Assembly: GCF_009834535.1 (NCBI RefSeq) | Contig: NC_045696.1 | Location: forward strand, 108,626,001 to 108,690,000 | Length of the DNA stretch: 64,000 nt | Source: Camelus ferus | Taxonomy: Eukaryota | Reading direction: 5' to 3' | Shown: positions 1 through 12,139 of the stretch, in pieces | Layout: the number at the start of each line of letters is the position of its first letter | Numbering within the stretch: the first letter of the stretch is position 1 | The notes under the pieces: model-generated | Databases searched by the model: none | Seen by the model: the letters and a program-made list of their open reading frames with translations, nothing else | Told to the model about the DNA's origin: nothing | Position numbers and translations under genes: made by a program

Positions 1-1404
1 CACCGGGATGATTGGGATGAAAGAGAGGGACAGCTGCCAGCCCCTTAAAGGATGAAACATGAGCTTAAAAAAGAGACATAGGATTACGCAGAGATGGGAG
101 AGGGAAGAATGGATTCTTATCCTTCTCTGTAGGAGGCAGATTCAAGAATGAGAGTGACAGCAAACCACCGTCACCACCACAACCAGTGACAGCGTCCTCC
201 TGAAGGCTGCCAAATTCTAGCTCTCACTGTGTGTGAGGTTGTGCCCTTGGAGGCAGACAGACCTGAGTGTTTATCTTGGGGCTTCGCTGACATCCTGTCA
301 TTTAATTCTCACAACCTCCTAATTTGGGTTCCATCATGCCCAGATCTGCCCACTAGAAGCCCCTGTTCACAGAGGCTGTCACCTGCCCCAGGTCACATGC
401 CTTCAGGCTCTACACCCAAAGCCCCTGCCTTGTCCCTCAGGTTCCTGGCCTCTCTGTGGGAGTCAGGAGGGAGGTCAGGGATAGTCACTGGGCAATCCCA
501 GAGGGCTAGCAGACATTGTGCCTCTGGTGGGAGGGGACAGCAGGCAGGTCCAGGGATAAGACAGTGAGCTCTAAAGCCCCTTCTTCATTCCACTTCCATG
601 ATCAGAGGGAAACCCATTGCATCTAGAGAAGAAATAAAGAACCAGGACAAGCACTAGCTTGTCTCTGTGATCCATCAAAGTTTGTCCCACGTGAGTGATA
701 GAAAAAAAAGGTTTCTGTGGTCAGAAATGTAACAAGATAATTATTTTTACACCAATCCTTCCGCATGGTTTTTGGCAGACAGCAATTTTATAAGGCATAA
801 TTATCTATTTTCACTTGCTTCATAAATTCCTCCTTCCCATTTCGTCTCCCCATAAATAGAAATTATTTAAAACTGAAAGACATCCATTTCGGTGCTTGGT
901 TTCACGTTGCCAGGCACTTCCTCCCGCGCGTTCCTGGCTCCTGCCTCTCTCTACCTGGTCCCGCCCAGCACACCTCCAGAGCCATCAGATCCTCCTGTGA
1001 AACATGCTTGTCTGACCCTGAGGAGTCACTGAGCCCTTGCTCCCTGAGGACTGAAAGTCCATCTCGCCACTCCTGTCCAGCTTCGGTCCCAGAGGAGAGG
1101 GCGTGGCAACATCCGGAGGTCTCAGATGCTCCACCGGCACCTCCCTCTTTCTCCCACAGCATGTCTGCTCATGGTGGCCACCACCTTCTCACTTGTTTTC
1201 TTTGGGATCTCCAGGCCGAGGTGACTGGTGACTATGATCTGAGCCACACGGTGGATTCTGCTGTGACTCTCAGGGCCGGCGTGAAACCTGTACTCCGCCC
1301 CCTGAGGATGTCACTTTTATTTTTAGATCTCCTATCGTGCTGGAAGCCTCCATATCCGCTGCAATCTTCACACTTTCCAGGGATGTAACCACAGCAAGTT
1401 CTAA

Positions 1405-1605
1405 CATTGATTGAGAGTTTACTATGAACCAGGCGCTCTGCCAAAGACTCCATCATACTGTTTTGCTTAATCCTCATAACAACCCAGAAAGGCACACATT
1501 ATTATGAGGTTGTGAGAAGAAAAGGACAGAGTGTAAGAAAGTTAAGAAATTAGCTCAAGGTCACAGAGAAGGTACCAGACAGAGTCAAGATTCAAATATT
1601 CGTAT
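1405..1605 (-). mobile_element. MIR SINE
   Basis: Reverse-complement MIR core and tail: ttaatcctcataacaaccc ... gttaagaaattagctcaaggtcacag ... agattcaaa. Confidence 0.75.
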
Positions 1606-2441
1606 GGGCCGTGCCAAGCCCACCTTTCCAGTGCTTCACGAAGACTGATAATTCAGTAAGCATTCCCAGGACCCACTCAAGGTTGGAGCAGTCTGGGGAT
1701 GCCAGAACTCCCCGGGGGGCCCCAGGGAGGGAGAAGGAAGGTGGCAGCTTCCTCATCTGAAGCTCAGTAAACTTCAAGTTGAGAGTCGGCTCCTCAGCCC
1801 ACAAACTTCTCAACCCCTCCGGGCTGGTGGAGCTGCACTATCCCCTTGACCTCTCCCCCTCCCCTCTGCTGTAAGTGGCCCTTTGGTAACTCCTCCTCAT
1901 TAAAGGTGGCCCCTACTGTCCACTCCATGTAGCCTGGCTTCTTTCAGAGGGTTAGGTTAGCAGGGAGGGCCAGGCCCACCTATATGACCTGCCTCTAGCA
2001 ATCCTCCAAGCTCCCACCTCATTCCATCCATGGCTTAGCTGTCCCTCTTTCTCTGAGGGCAGCCCTGACACATGGCAGTATGCATCCTAAAGCCTCACAT
2101 CAGCCTTCTCAGTCTTCCCTCCCCTCCTTCCCTCCCAAGTCTGTCGGGGGACAAGGCCTCTTCCTCAACATGAGCATACAGGGCCACGGACAAGGGGGCA
2201 GTCAGCCAGGCACTGATGCAGCAGATCGAGGACCCCAAGCCTGGCAGAGGTATGAGGAGGATGAAGGAAAAGGAAAAAGCTGAGTGTCCCCAGACCAGCA
2301 GCAGGAACATCATCACAGACTTAGACACAGAGCTCCCTATGCCCCCGTTCTCTGAGTTCACTTGGAGCCCACCCCAGGCCCTTTGAAGCAGCCTTGGGAT
2401 GCACCCCAGTTCCTGTTAAATCAAGAATAAGGCTGGACACA

Positions 2442-2792
2442 CAGGGTTGCCACGGCCTCTCAGAGGTCCAGGAGATCCCAGGCTCTCCCAGGAGATTAAG
2501 AAAAAAATGAAGAAATGCCCACACAGGGCTTCAAAAGTTATCATGCATTCTAAACGTTTAGATTATCTTAGAATAAATTAACACATTTAACACTATAAAA
2601 AATACAATGAATATATATGTGCTGTTTCATGAGATTAACAGGAATCATTAAAAAATGTTAAATTTTAGCACACTATAGATATTTCCGCTTTGGAAAAAAG
2701 TGCATTTTATATTGTACGATTCTTTATAAAATTTTCAATATTGTCAGTGAATGCCTATTGATACAACCTTATGTAAAGACGGTGGCAACAGG
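2442..2792. mobile_element. Possible ancient hAT-type non-autonomous DNA transposon
   Basis: AT-rich interior flanked by inverted GTTGCCAC (2446-2453) and GTGGCAAC (2782-2789), resembling hAT 'agggttgcca' termini. Family not identified. Confidence 0.35.
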
Positions 2793-2927
2793 CCACACCT
2801 GAGGCCCTTGTAGACTTTGAGGCCTGGGCTCCTGTGTGCTTCCAAAACTGTGCCCCCTTTCCCTGACTCCCACTGGACCTAGACACTTCAGATGTCCACC
2901 GTCCTGTACATATTAGAAGGAAGAGGA

Positions 2928-3008
2928 GGGGAAGGTATAGCTGAGTGATAGAGCACATGCTTAGCATGCATGAGGTCCCCCCACAAAAAAGAACAGAACA
3001 AAGCAAAA
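2928..3008 (+). mobile_element. Camelid tRNA-derived SINE (Vic-like), internally deleted
   Basis: ggggaaggtatagctgagtgatagagcacatgcttagcatgcatgaggtcc followed by an A-rich tail. The A-box is present. Imperfect TSD agaaggaagag / agaagggcagag. Confidence 0.75.
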
Positions 3009-5714
3009 GAAGGGCAGAGCTCCCCTTTCGCTGGGTCCTCCCCATGCCCCTCCAGGCCGTCACCGTCTCCTGCTTGGCTGGACAGAGGGCTGCACTTGCA
3101 AGGTGAACAAGCACCTGCACCCTCCCCTCCCTGACCACCCCTGGCAGCTGGCCAGGCCATGCTGGACACCTTGCTCCACCAGCAGAACCAGCCGGGCCCC
3201 CAGGCCGCGGTGCAGGGCTGTGCTTGGCCTCAACATATCCAGATATGCTCCTTGTATCTGAAAAATTATTACTGTGGTGATGTGCGGTGCCTTTTTAAGA
3301 GAACAGATGGCACCTCCAATTAGAATGCTTTAAAAGGAAACCCTAATGAGATTATAAAAGCCAACAAATTGACTTTTTCATACAGTACTTCCCTGGCACA
3401 TATAAATCAAATACATAATGAGACTCAATAAAATAATAGGTTTATTTACACATGTTTTGCCTAGCATTGTGCTGCTGCCCAGCCCGACTTGTGGGTCCTC
3501 TCACCAAGTGCTTGCCCCTGCAGGCCGGGGCTGGGAGCTGGACAATGCGTCCCTGAGCTGCTCCTGGCCCGACCTCCACAGACAAGGGTGGCTCTGATTC
3601 AGGGATTTCCAGTCTGACCCTAGCGCTCTTCTTTCAGGGGTGAAAGAGCACAGCGCTGTGTGCAGGGTGTGGTGACACTCACGGGTACGTCCAGCCCTCA
3701 CCCGCACTCTGGGTGAGGTGGGGAGGTGGTAGCAGGGACATAGAGGTTGGGAAGCTGTGACTAACTCATCGCTGGCTGGACCAGGATTGGAGAGAAAAGC
3801 CTGGGGTGGGGGTGGGGTCTGACTTTAATGACATGGACTCAGGATATGGGTAGGCAAAGCGGCGTGAGTATCTACAAGGTGCAGAGTGAAGGCTCTGAGA
3901 TGTTCTTATTTATGCCAGGAGTCGGGTCTGTTGGTTCAAGTGCATCAGGTCAGGTGGCAGAGAGGGAGACAGGAGGCATCAGGTGACAGGTAGGTGGGAG
4001 AGGTGCTATTTAGCAAGGAGCTCCACGTCAGCATTCTGAGCTGCTGGCCACTGGCTGACCTCTCTAGGTGACCTTATCCAGGGGCTGGATCGATTTACAG
4101 GGTGTGTCTGCTGAGGTGGGAAGCTGGGAGCCTAGACTTCTTTTTGCATGCATTGCTCTGCAAAGAGCCTGGCCAGTGAGAGGGGATCCATAAGCAGAAG
4201 TGGAAGGGAAAGTTTTCAGGAGGGAAGCTGTGAGAGCGTGGGCTTTGGCAACACAGAGACTGGTCCTCGGTCTGGACATGCAGACAGTAAGAAGTACATT
4301 AAAGAATGCTTCTTAGGCTCACAGGGATGCACAGGGAAACCTCAGAAATCAGTAAGAGAGGATACCACAACCAAAAGCCGGGGACTCTAGTCAGCAGAAA
4401 TGGAATCACTTCTGTTCATACCTACCTACCCGAGAGGGAGGTCTGGGAGAAAATCAGTTTACAAGAGGGTAAGCTTTTCCTCAGTTCCAATCTATAAGCA
4501 TTGATTGACCTTAGGACCTGGATCTAGAAGACACTGTCATTCTTTTTTTATCCAGCAAAGGTGATATATACTGCAAGGCCAGAATTAAGAAATTTTTCTA
4601 CTCAAGAGTTCAGTCATTTTTTTTTCTGTCCATCAAACTGGAAGGAGGTATGAAATGTTTCCTCTGTGTCCTTCTTTGTGGGGGTTGGGCAGAAGGAGTT
4701 TGGTGAGAGGAAGTGAAGGGAAGATCCTCCCTCACAGGGATTCAGACAACAGCACGGAACACAGGAGAAACTTCTATCACAATTAGAAGTTAAGCTGGAG
4801 CACTGACTTCTGAATGCAACAGGAATACTGAAAAGAAAAGGCATTCCTATTTCAAGGCTGCAACACTTAGGAGAGGAGGAGCAAGTTCTCAAAAGTGCTG
4901 TGCAGAGAGTGTAGTGCTTCCAGTCTCCCCACGATTATGAATTACGAAGGAGAAGATGGGGAGGAAACTCTCCCTCCCCCACCCCTCTCTAGGGAGTGGA
5001 GTTGCACTTTTGGCAGGATGACTGTTTTTCCCTCTGCAGCAGAGAGTGGCAAAGAGGTGGAGCCGATGCACTAGCCCCAGCCCCTAGAATGTTAGCCTCA
5101 GAGATACACACTGGCCACGACTCTGGTCTAGTCATTAGTAGAGGCATGGATGCACCATGCTAGGCACTAGAAGGGACACAGGGAGATGAATCTATGAACC
5201 CAGCACACAGGACCTTCATTTGGTAACCAAGACAGTAGGTACAGAATAATTGGACATTTAACAAAATCATGAGAGTTCTGAGGGGAGCCTGGTCACAGAG
5301 ATACAGGAAGTCCAATGAAAAGAGAGGATATTCTCAGCTGTCAAGACCAAGGGGGCTTCTTGAAGGACGTGACTGGAATAGTTGCTAAGAATTGTTGCAA
5401 TATCCAATGCATTTTGACTTTGCACACAAAGAACTCTCCATTTGGCATTTTTTAACCATCAGGTGGACAGAAGTTGTCTCGCTTGGGTAGGAGGAAGGCC
5501 CTCCCATCTGGAAGGAGGGAGCAAAGAAAGCACATAATCTTGAGGGGGTTCTGCATGCAAGCCAGGCACGGGAGCTGTCCGTTTCAGCACCACAGCCTGC
5601 ATCTCTGCTTTGTACTACTGCAACTGGAGGATGATGTCTTAAGTCCTCCTCGCCCACCACTTGTACTGTCAGGAAACCAAACTCCCCAGCCCAGAACCCT
5701 TACTAGACACTTAC

Positions 5715-5870
5715 TAGTACATGCCACTTCCGGGGGGTCAAAATCCGCTCGGTAGTAGCCAGTCCGGCAGGTGCAGATGGGAGATGCCTCTGAAGGGGAT
5801 CGGCTGTTGGAGGGGCAGTGCGAGCAGCCCTCAGCTTCCTGGCTGGCCTTGAACATCCCTGCAGGGCAGG
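5715..5870 (-). CDS. EPHB1: Ephrin type-B receptor 1, internal coding exon (equivalent to human exon 4; cysteine-rich/EGF-like ectodomain)
   Basis: The minus strand reads (A)CPAGMFKASQEAEGCSHCPSNSRSPSEASPICTCRTGYYRADFDPPEVACT(S), which matches EphB1 as I recall it. It is bounded by acceptor ...tgtttgtattccAG (plus 5871-5872 'ct') and donor GTAAGT (plus 5709-5714 'acttac'). Length is 156 bp, phase 1/1. Confidence 0.97.
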
Positions 5871-6927
5871 CTGGAATACAAACAGATCATCTTAGAACTA
5901 ATGAAAGAGTGATAGTCAGAGGCCCTTCCCTGGAACTAGAAAATAAAACATTCTGCCCCTTCTAAAAGGACACTGAAATAACCCCTTGCACAAAGTGAGC
6001 ATTTCACATTAATGAAACCTCTACTTAACACTTCGAAGTCTTCAAAAATCCTTAGTGAAACACAGTACCAATAGCCTCTCTTGAACAATATGAATAATGA
6101 TTCTTCCCTTTCAGGTGTGTTGAGAGATTTAATTGACAAAATGAATCTATCTATAGCTCAGTGTCTGAGGTGTAAGTGCTCTATAAATGGTTATTCCCTC
6201 CCTCTTCCACCTGGTTAACAGCCAGGGCTTTACCCTGAGCCACTCAGTGAAAGAATCTCACCTGGTCCTCAGACAGAAAGAGGTCCTCGTTGACAACGGA
6301 CTGGACCCGTGGTTCTTAAATGCAACACACACAAGGGGCACTGAGCTGTGTTAATACTTGTTATGAATGATGATAAAGGATTGAAATTCATGAGTGATCC
6401 TTTAAGAAGAAATTAAAGTGATTTCAAGGTTACTGGCTTAACAACATTCTTCTCCCTTAATTGCATTCTGAAATACTTTAGGGGGTGGGGCAAAAAAGGA
6501 TGGCTTTGGCAGGCAGTGCACCAGGGAATGTGTCATGTACTTGATGTCATCTATCACGTACTTGACAGTGGGGAAAGTTGGGAACGCCTGGTACAGCCTG
6601 ATGTCCACTGGAGCTGCCCTCAGATATGAGGCTTTTATTCTTATTTCCCCATGGGGTCAGCCTGGGAAGAGCCATGCCCCAAAAAGTCTGGCTCTAGGCC
6701 GTCCCTCAAGCTTCTGCTGTGCCTCGTCTACAGAGACCCTCGACTCCAGGCACCTGGTCTCCGCCTGGCTGATTTCTCAGAAAATTGCCCCTACCTTCCC
6801 TGCTTCTCTGAGGCCCTTTCTCACTCTCAGCTCCTGACTTTTCCAAGAAACCTGCTCTGGTTCATCCTCCTTTGAGATCAGGTACAAGTTATCATATGGT
6901 CAACTTGCTTGGCTTCCTTATATACTT

Positions 6928-7090
6928 CACTAATTCATTCAACAAACATTTACTGGCACCCTGCTGAGAAGCTGACCCAGGGAATTTTGAGAACAGAGCC
7001 TGCCCTCCAGGAGCTCTTGATCCAGTGTAGTCATACAACTGTAATACAATGTGATCATTGCCATAACAGAAGTGCCATTATAAAGGTTTC
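6928..7090 (-). mobile_element. L2 LINE 3' end
   Basis: attcattcaacaaacatttact ... cctgccctccaggagctc, the reverse L2 tail. Confidence 0.7.
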
Positions 7091-7224
7091 TGCTTATACA
7101 AAGCTCATCTTCCCAAATACACTCTTCCCTCCTGGAAAGTGCAGCGTATTCTTTACTGCTACTGAGCAGTAGCCACCATCTGTTAATGCTCTTGTTAAAT
7201 GCTTTACAGGCATTCCTCCATGGG

Positions 7225-7305
7225 GTAGCTATTATTAGTTCCATTTTGCTAATGAGGAAATTGGGACAAGGAAAGGTTAAAATAGTTGCCCAGGATCACG
7301 CAGTG
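7225..7305 (-). mobile_element. MIR fragment
   Basis: ccattttgctaatgaggaaattgggac ... ttgcccaggatcacgcag. Confidence 0.65.
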
Positions 7306-7517
7306 GGAGAAATCATCACGATGATATGCATATAAACTATTTGACAAATATCCACATCTTTGCCACCAAGACAAGAAAGAACTGTTTCCTCTGCTGCAGT
7401 CTTCTCACTCTTTCAGTCATTTGAAGTGAGGTATAGGATTTCAGTCACTCTGGAAGTGCCCTGAGGTGGGAGCTCATTTTAATGGGAATCATTTCTTAGA
7501 TGGAATGTTCTGGAATG

Positions 7518-7762
7518 GCATAACCCAACAGTGTTCCATGGAGTCCACGTTCTTCAGAGTGTTAACACCTCTTACTAACAAAAGGGGTCTGCAGCCAGAT
7601 ATTTTGAAAATGTGGATTTAAAAAGTTAATCTCATTTTTTTATTACAGAATTTTTCCAAATTTCCAAAAACTGGGATATAGAATGCTATGTTTTCTCACC
7701 ATGAAGTTCTATTTTGTAGAGCATCTTCTGGGATGTTCCATGGAACACACAGGGGTAAATGT
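7518..7762. mobile_element. hAT-Charlie-type MITE (MER103-like)
   Basis: Perfect 12-bp subterminal inverted repeat gtgttccatgga (7531-7542) / tccatggaacac (7737-7748). Family name from recall. Confidence 0.55.
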
Positions 7763-8559
7763 CATTTAGATGTTACAGTAAGGTCCTTAAAGATTTCTGT
7801 TGTGATCCATGTAAAAATGGGCCCCTTGTTAGCCACCTCAGCACATTCAAGAGAAATGTCTCAGTAGAAAGATAAAACTAAAAAAATCAAATCTTTACTA
7901 AAGGCTCAACCAATAAAACACCAGAAGGAAAGCCCTGAGTGGTACACCCAAAGTACCCTAGAATTTGGCTTGCTGATCTAGCGTTCCAAGCCCTCTCAGT
8001 GAATTCTCTCCATTGCTTTCTTCCTCTCTCCCTGTCTTCTTTCCTTATCTCCCCCTTGTCACTCATGAGAAGCACTTGGCCCTTCCCATTGTAAACTACC
8101 CAGCAGTGCTGCGCCGCATTCAGTTCGGGAGCTGGAGAACCCAGAGACATCCCCGACCTGTGCTACCCAAACACAGCAGAAGTGCTTTCCTTGGAAGGTG
8201 GGGGAGGGGAACGTGGTGATTCTCCTGCATTCACTGGAGCTCTGCCACATGTAATTTTCTTAATGTATCAGCCCAAGAGAAACAAGGTGTTTTCACTTTC
8301 TTTCTAGCACTTAAAAGCCTCCTTGCTTTACACTGAATGAGTTAACAGCATAAACAACCATCTTGGTATCCACAAGTGGCAGAGGGATATAGAAAATGCC
8401 TTCGTCTGAGATTTCTGATGGAGGAAGGCAGAACTGGGTGTCTCCAGACTCTGACAGCCACAAAGGCAGGAAATGGAGGAGAGTGGGGCCAAGCTGGACT
8501 TTAAAGGATAGGAGTTAAGAGAAAGGTGGGGTAAAAGGTCCTGGAAACAGGTGTGACAG

Positions 8560-8785
8560 TGAGCCCTGGGCAGTGATCGGACAGTCCTGAGTCTGATTCC
8601 TGGCTCTGCTGGTTCTAACTGGATAACCATTGGCAAGCTATGTAACCCTCAATTTGCTCATCTGTATAAAGAATCCATAAAAAAGAAATGTAACATTTCT
8701 CACAACTCCCTCAGGTCATTAGAATTTATCAAAATCAAATATAGAAATATACCCAGCATCAGTAAGTGTTAGACAATGCTAATTC
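8560..8785 (+). mobile_element. MIR SINE
   Basis: attcctggctctgc ... ggcaagctatgtaacc ... tttgctcatctgtat. Confidence 0.65.
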
Positions 8786-9058
8786 TTCTCTACCTCTACT
8801 CAGTTCCTTTTGAAAAACAAGTTTTCTTTGCAGGAACTTTTAGAATTCAGGGTTAGAATGTGAGTTCAGATTCCCAAAGTGGGCCAATAAATCAGTGCAA
8901 CTAAATAGAAGAACGTGTTTCTGCACAGATTATTTCTGTTTTGTGTAATGGGCGAATCATTACTTCTGTAAAGTATATCTCACTGATAATTACAAAATGA
9001 ATGAATCTCATTAATATTCAGATTTAAGTAAGTTAATACTTTAATAAAACCTACATCT

Positions 9059-9631
9059 AGGCATTCCCTAATTTATCAAGAAGTAGTATTCCTAGGTTCA
9101 TTTGTTGAACTTTTAGACTGTAACTTGCGAGCACACTTGGGCTATATTTTCTCATAGAATTACTGCTTTAAATAATGGTAAATGCCAGGCTAGTCCATTA
9201 AGCCTTTTTAACTCATCCTGTATCAGACACCATTAATGAGAAATAGAAGTTAATGATATTGTTATTTTACTAGAAATTTAACGTAAAAAATAAGAAAATT
9301 GTGCTGCCCCTTGAGGAAAAGCAGCTGTGATCAGAAGTGAAACATGGAGTGTCTGGGTAGATTCTAACAAAGAATATTTAGACCAAGAGAAGCAAATGTA
9401 ATAGCTTCAGCCTAGGTAAGTCACCTGAGTATATAAAGCAGCTGAGAGTAACACGGTGGAGAACGCTGGGGACTCCGGCAGCTTGGAGACTGCACACCTG
9501 CCGGAAGGCTCAAAAAATACTAATTAAATACTGTGATAGCCTAATCTAGCACATAGCTACACTTTCCAGCAATTTCGAGGCAGATAACAAATTATTTGCT
9601 TTAATATCGTTTCAGAACTCAGGGGTTGCCT
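9059..9631. mobile_element. Ancient TcMar-Tigger element (Tigger13-like)
   Basis: Imperfect TIRs aggcattccct (9059-9069) / aggggttgcct (9621-9631). Internal 'attttctcatagaa...ccaggctagtcc...aagccttttaactcat' resembles old Tigger elements. Confidence 0.5.
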
Positions 9632-11791
9632 TTCTCTTGATTCAAAATTATGGTCAGCACTACCACTACAATCATGAACCCCTCATTCAACAAATGTTTA
9701 TAGATCTACCGTGAGCTTAGCGCCCCGCTAGAGGAACAGAGCAGAGCACAGGCGTGGGGAACAGACTTTGGGAAGCGCCCTTCCTGGAGGGGGAGGCAGA
9801 AAAGGGAATGCTGTTGGGGGTGGGGGGGGACTGGTCAGGCAGGATGTGCATCATTATGAGATGAGGACTGGAAGAAATATATTTTTGTGGCAATTAGGAG
9901 GTGAGATTCAAGAGATGCAAAGACAAAGCCAGCAAGGCAGAGGTAAAAGAGCAGGAGAGGTAGGAAGGGAAATGAGGTCAGAGACATGCCCTGCCCCATC
10001 GCAGCCGGGAAGGTTGCATTACTATTCCAGGACGTGGGTGGGAAAGGCAGAGCCGAAGGCGCCTTGCTGTGTATTCCCAGGAGACCTTTGTCAGTGGGAC
10101 ACCTGTGAGTCTATATGTGGCTGATACCAGTGCAGCCCAGACCGCTTTGTTTCCTTAAGAAAAGGGAGTTTACTTCCCTCCATGGCAGGGGATCACAGTT
10201 CAGACAGGTGATAAATGGAGCTTGGGGTGGCACCCCTACACACACACCTCTTTCCCCGCCTGCTCCTCTCTTTGGCAGAGAGGAAAAGACAAGATATGAG
10301 GACCAGCTCCCTGAGCACATGTGGATTTTCCATTCCCCAGGCAAAACACGCAGCACTTCCCTCCCCCTTCAAGCGAAAAGGGACTGGTACACGTGACCTC
10401 TAGCTGATAGCCCGAAGGTCACCTGGAAATGCCCACCCCACTTCTCAGAGATGTAACAAATGACCTAGTGCCTACAATGCTCTGGAGAACCCCCTCCCCT
10501 CCCATCTCAGCACGCAGCGTTCCAGTGACACTAAATCCATCACCGACAGTACTATTACTTTATAAAGAAACAGATTAAGTGTCTCATAAACAGTGCAGTG
10601 ATTGAGATAATGGAAAGCGCCTCTCGCCCCATCTGCAGCATCAGGTTATGAAGCATTTCCAAGCAGCCAGGAAGAGGAAATTAATAGAAGCAAGAGGGAA
10701 TAACCACTTTTATGCAATTTCCTCAGGAGATAGTGGACCATCTAATCTTTATTGGAGCCCTTTAACCTGTCACTCAGCACTCACCAGAGACTCTTGAGCG
10801 CTCACAATTTTTCTTGATATCCAAGGGAGATAAAATGAAAACCTCATAACATTACTTTATATATATTTTTGTACGCGGAGCGTGCACGTCGCCTCTGCCC
10901 CTCCCCCGTCCACAGAGGCCTCACAAAACAACATTTTTATGCAGCAGGAATGTGGGAGAGCTTAACTGTTCCCAGTGCATGGTCCAGGGGGTCACAGCTC
11001 CTCTGCAGGAAGGAAATCTCTCCTTGCATTTTAAATGCGATGCTTCCCTCCACCGCCGCCTTCTGTCCTTGCTTCTTCTTTTAATAATCTGATTACTTCT
11101 CCTGATCTCATTTTTTCCCCCAAATGAGTTTGCAAAGGTTCATGCCAATGAATATTCATTCCCTGCTTAAGAACCGGGTGCCTTTTTCTCAAGGCAGGTG
11201 CAGCTCAGCAGCTGGCTCGGGAGGTGCGCCTGCCTCAGGGCGACAGTGAGAGGGGCAAGGCGCATGCTCCTGGCCGGGAAGAAAGACATTCATGGCCCTG
11301 AGCTCGCTGCTCCTCAACCGCATCTTCATCCCTTCAACTCTGGGCTCTGCTCTCGCTCTCGGTCTGGAAGACAGGCAAAGAGCCAGCCACTCTGGACAGC
11401 TGCTGTGACCCCTGGGATGGGCATGGTGGGCAGGGGGTGGGGAGGGGAGACGAGAGCTTCCTGCGGGGCACTGCGCAGAGCTCTGCGGGGCTCTCCCCAT
11501 AGGTCTGTGGTCTCTCATTGAGCCTGTGGCCCAATGTCTCCCTTATCTTCACATAATGGGTTGCTGACCCCAGGGGTTCTTGACTCTGGAACTCCAGGTA
11601 TGAAGCTCCCGGGAAAGAGGTGTTCTGGGATTCTCCATCTATGCTCATCAGCTGTCTTTGTATTTCCCTGAAATGGGTCTCCGTGAAGAACCCCAGGACA
11701 TCCCAGTGGGACCCAGAGCCTTGTGAAACTCCCACTTCCCCATATAGACATGGCAGTATGTTGAGAAAAACCAGTAGCAGAGAAGTGGTTC

Positions 11792-11792
11792 G

Positions 11793-11831
<39 letters not shown>
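11792..11831 (+). repeat. (GCAG)10 tetranucleotide microsatellite
   Basis: Ten perfect GCAG units read directly. Confidence 0.95.
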
Positions 11832-11834
<3 letters not shown>

Positions 11835-12139
11835 TCTGTCCAATCACTGTGCTAGTTTGAAAGTTCTCTGAAGGCTGATGCTAGGTCTTGTAAGTTTTGC
11901 CTCTTCCTCTCCCTGGCACTGAGCACAGGCCTTACACATTAAGCTTACACATCCTGTGGCTGGTTGAACTGAATGGTCACTGAAGGCCTGCTGTGATAAG
12001 ACCCTAAGATTAAAGCTGTGATTGAAAAAAGAATAACAACAAAAAATAATAATATGATCTTAGTATTACAGGGTAAGAGGGGACAGGCACTTTCATACAC
12101 AGTGCGGATGCTTAAAGCTTTTCTGTATTAAGACCTTCA

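Larger units (their letters stand above)
1..5714 (-). other. EPHB1: EPHB1 intron downstream of the exon (intron 4, partial)
   Basis: Starts at the GTAAGT donor. No further Eph-like coding sequence (FN3 exon) is seen before the window edge. Confidence 0.85.

Noticed and set aside
2928..2985. tRNA gene
   Set aside because: Only the 5' tRNA-like half is present, with no T-arm/B-box, followed by an A tail and TSD. It is a SINE.
11334..11871. ORFs with LPAC/QAGR repeats
   Set aside because: These are translations of the (GCAG)10 microsatellite.
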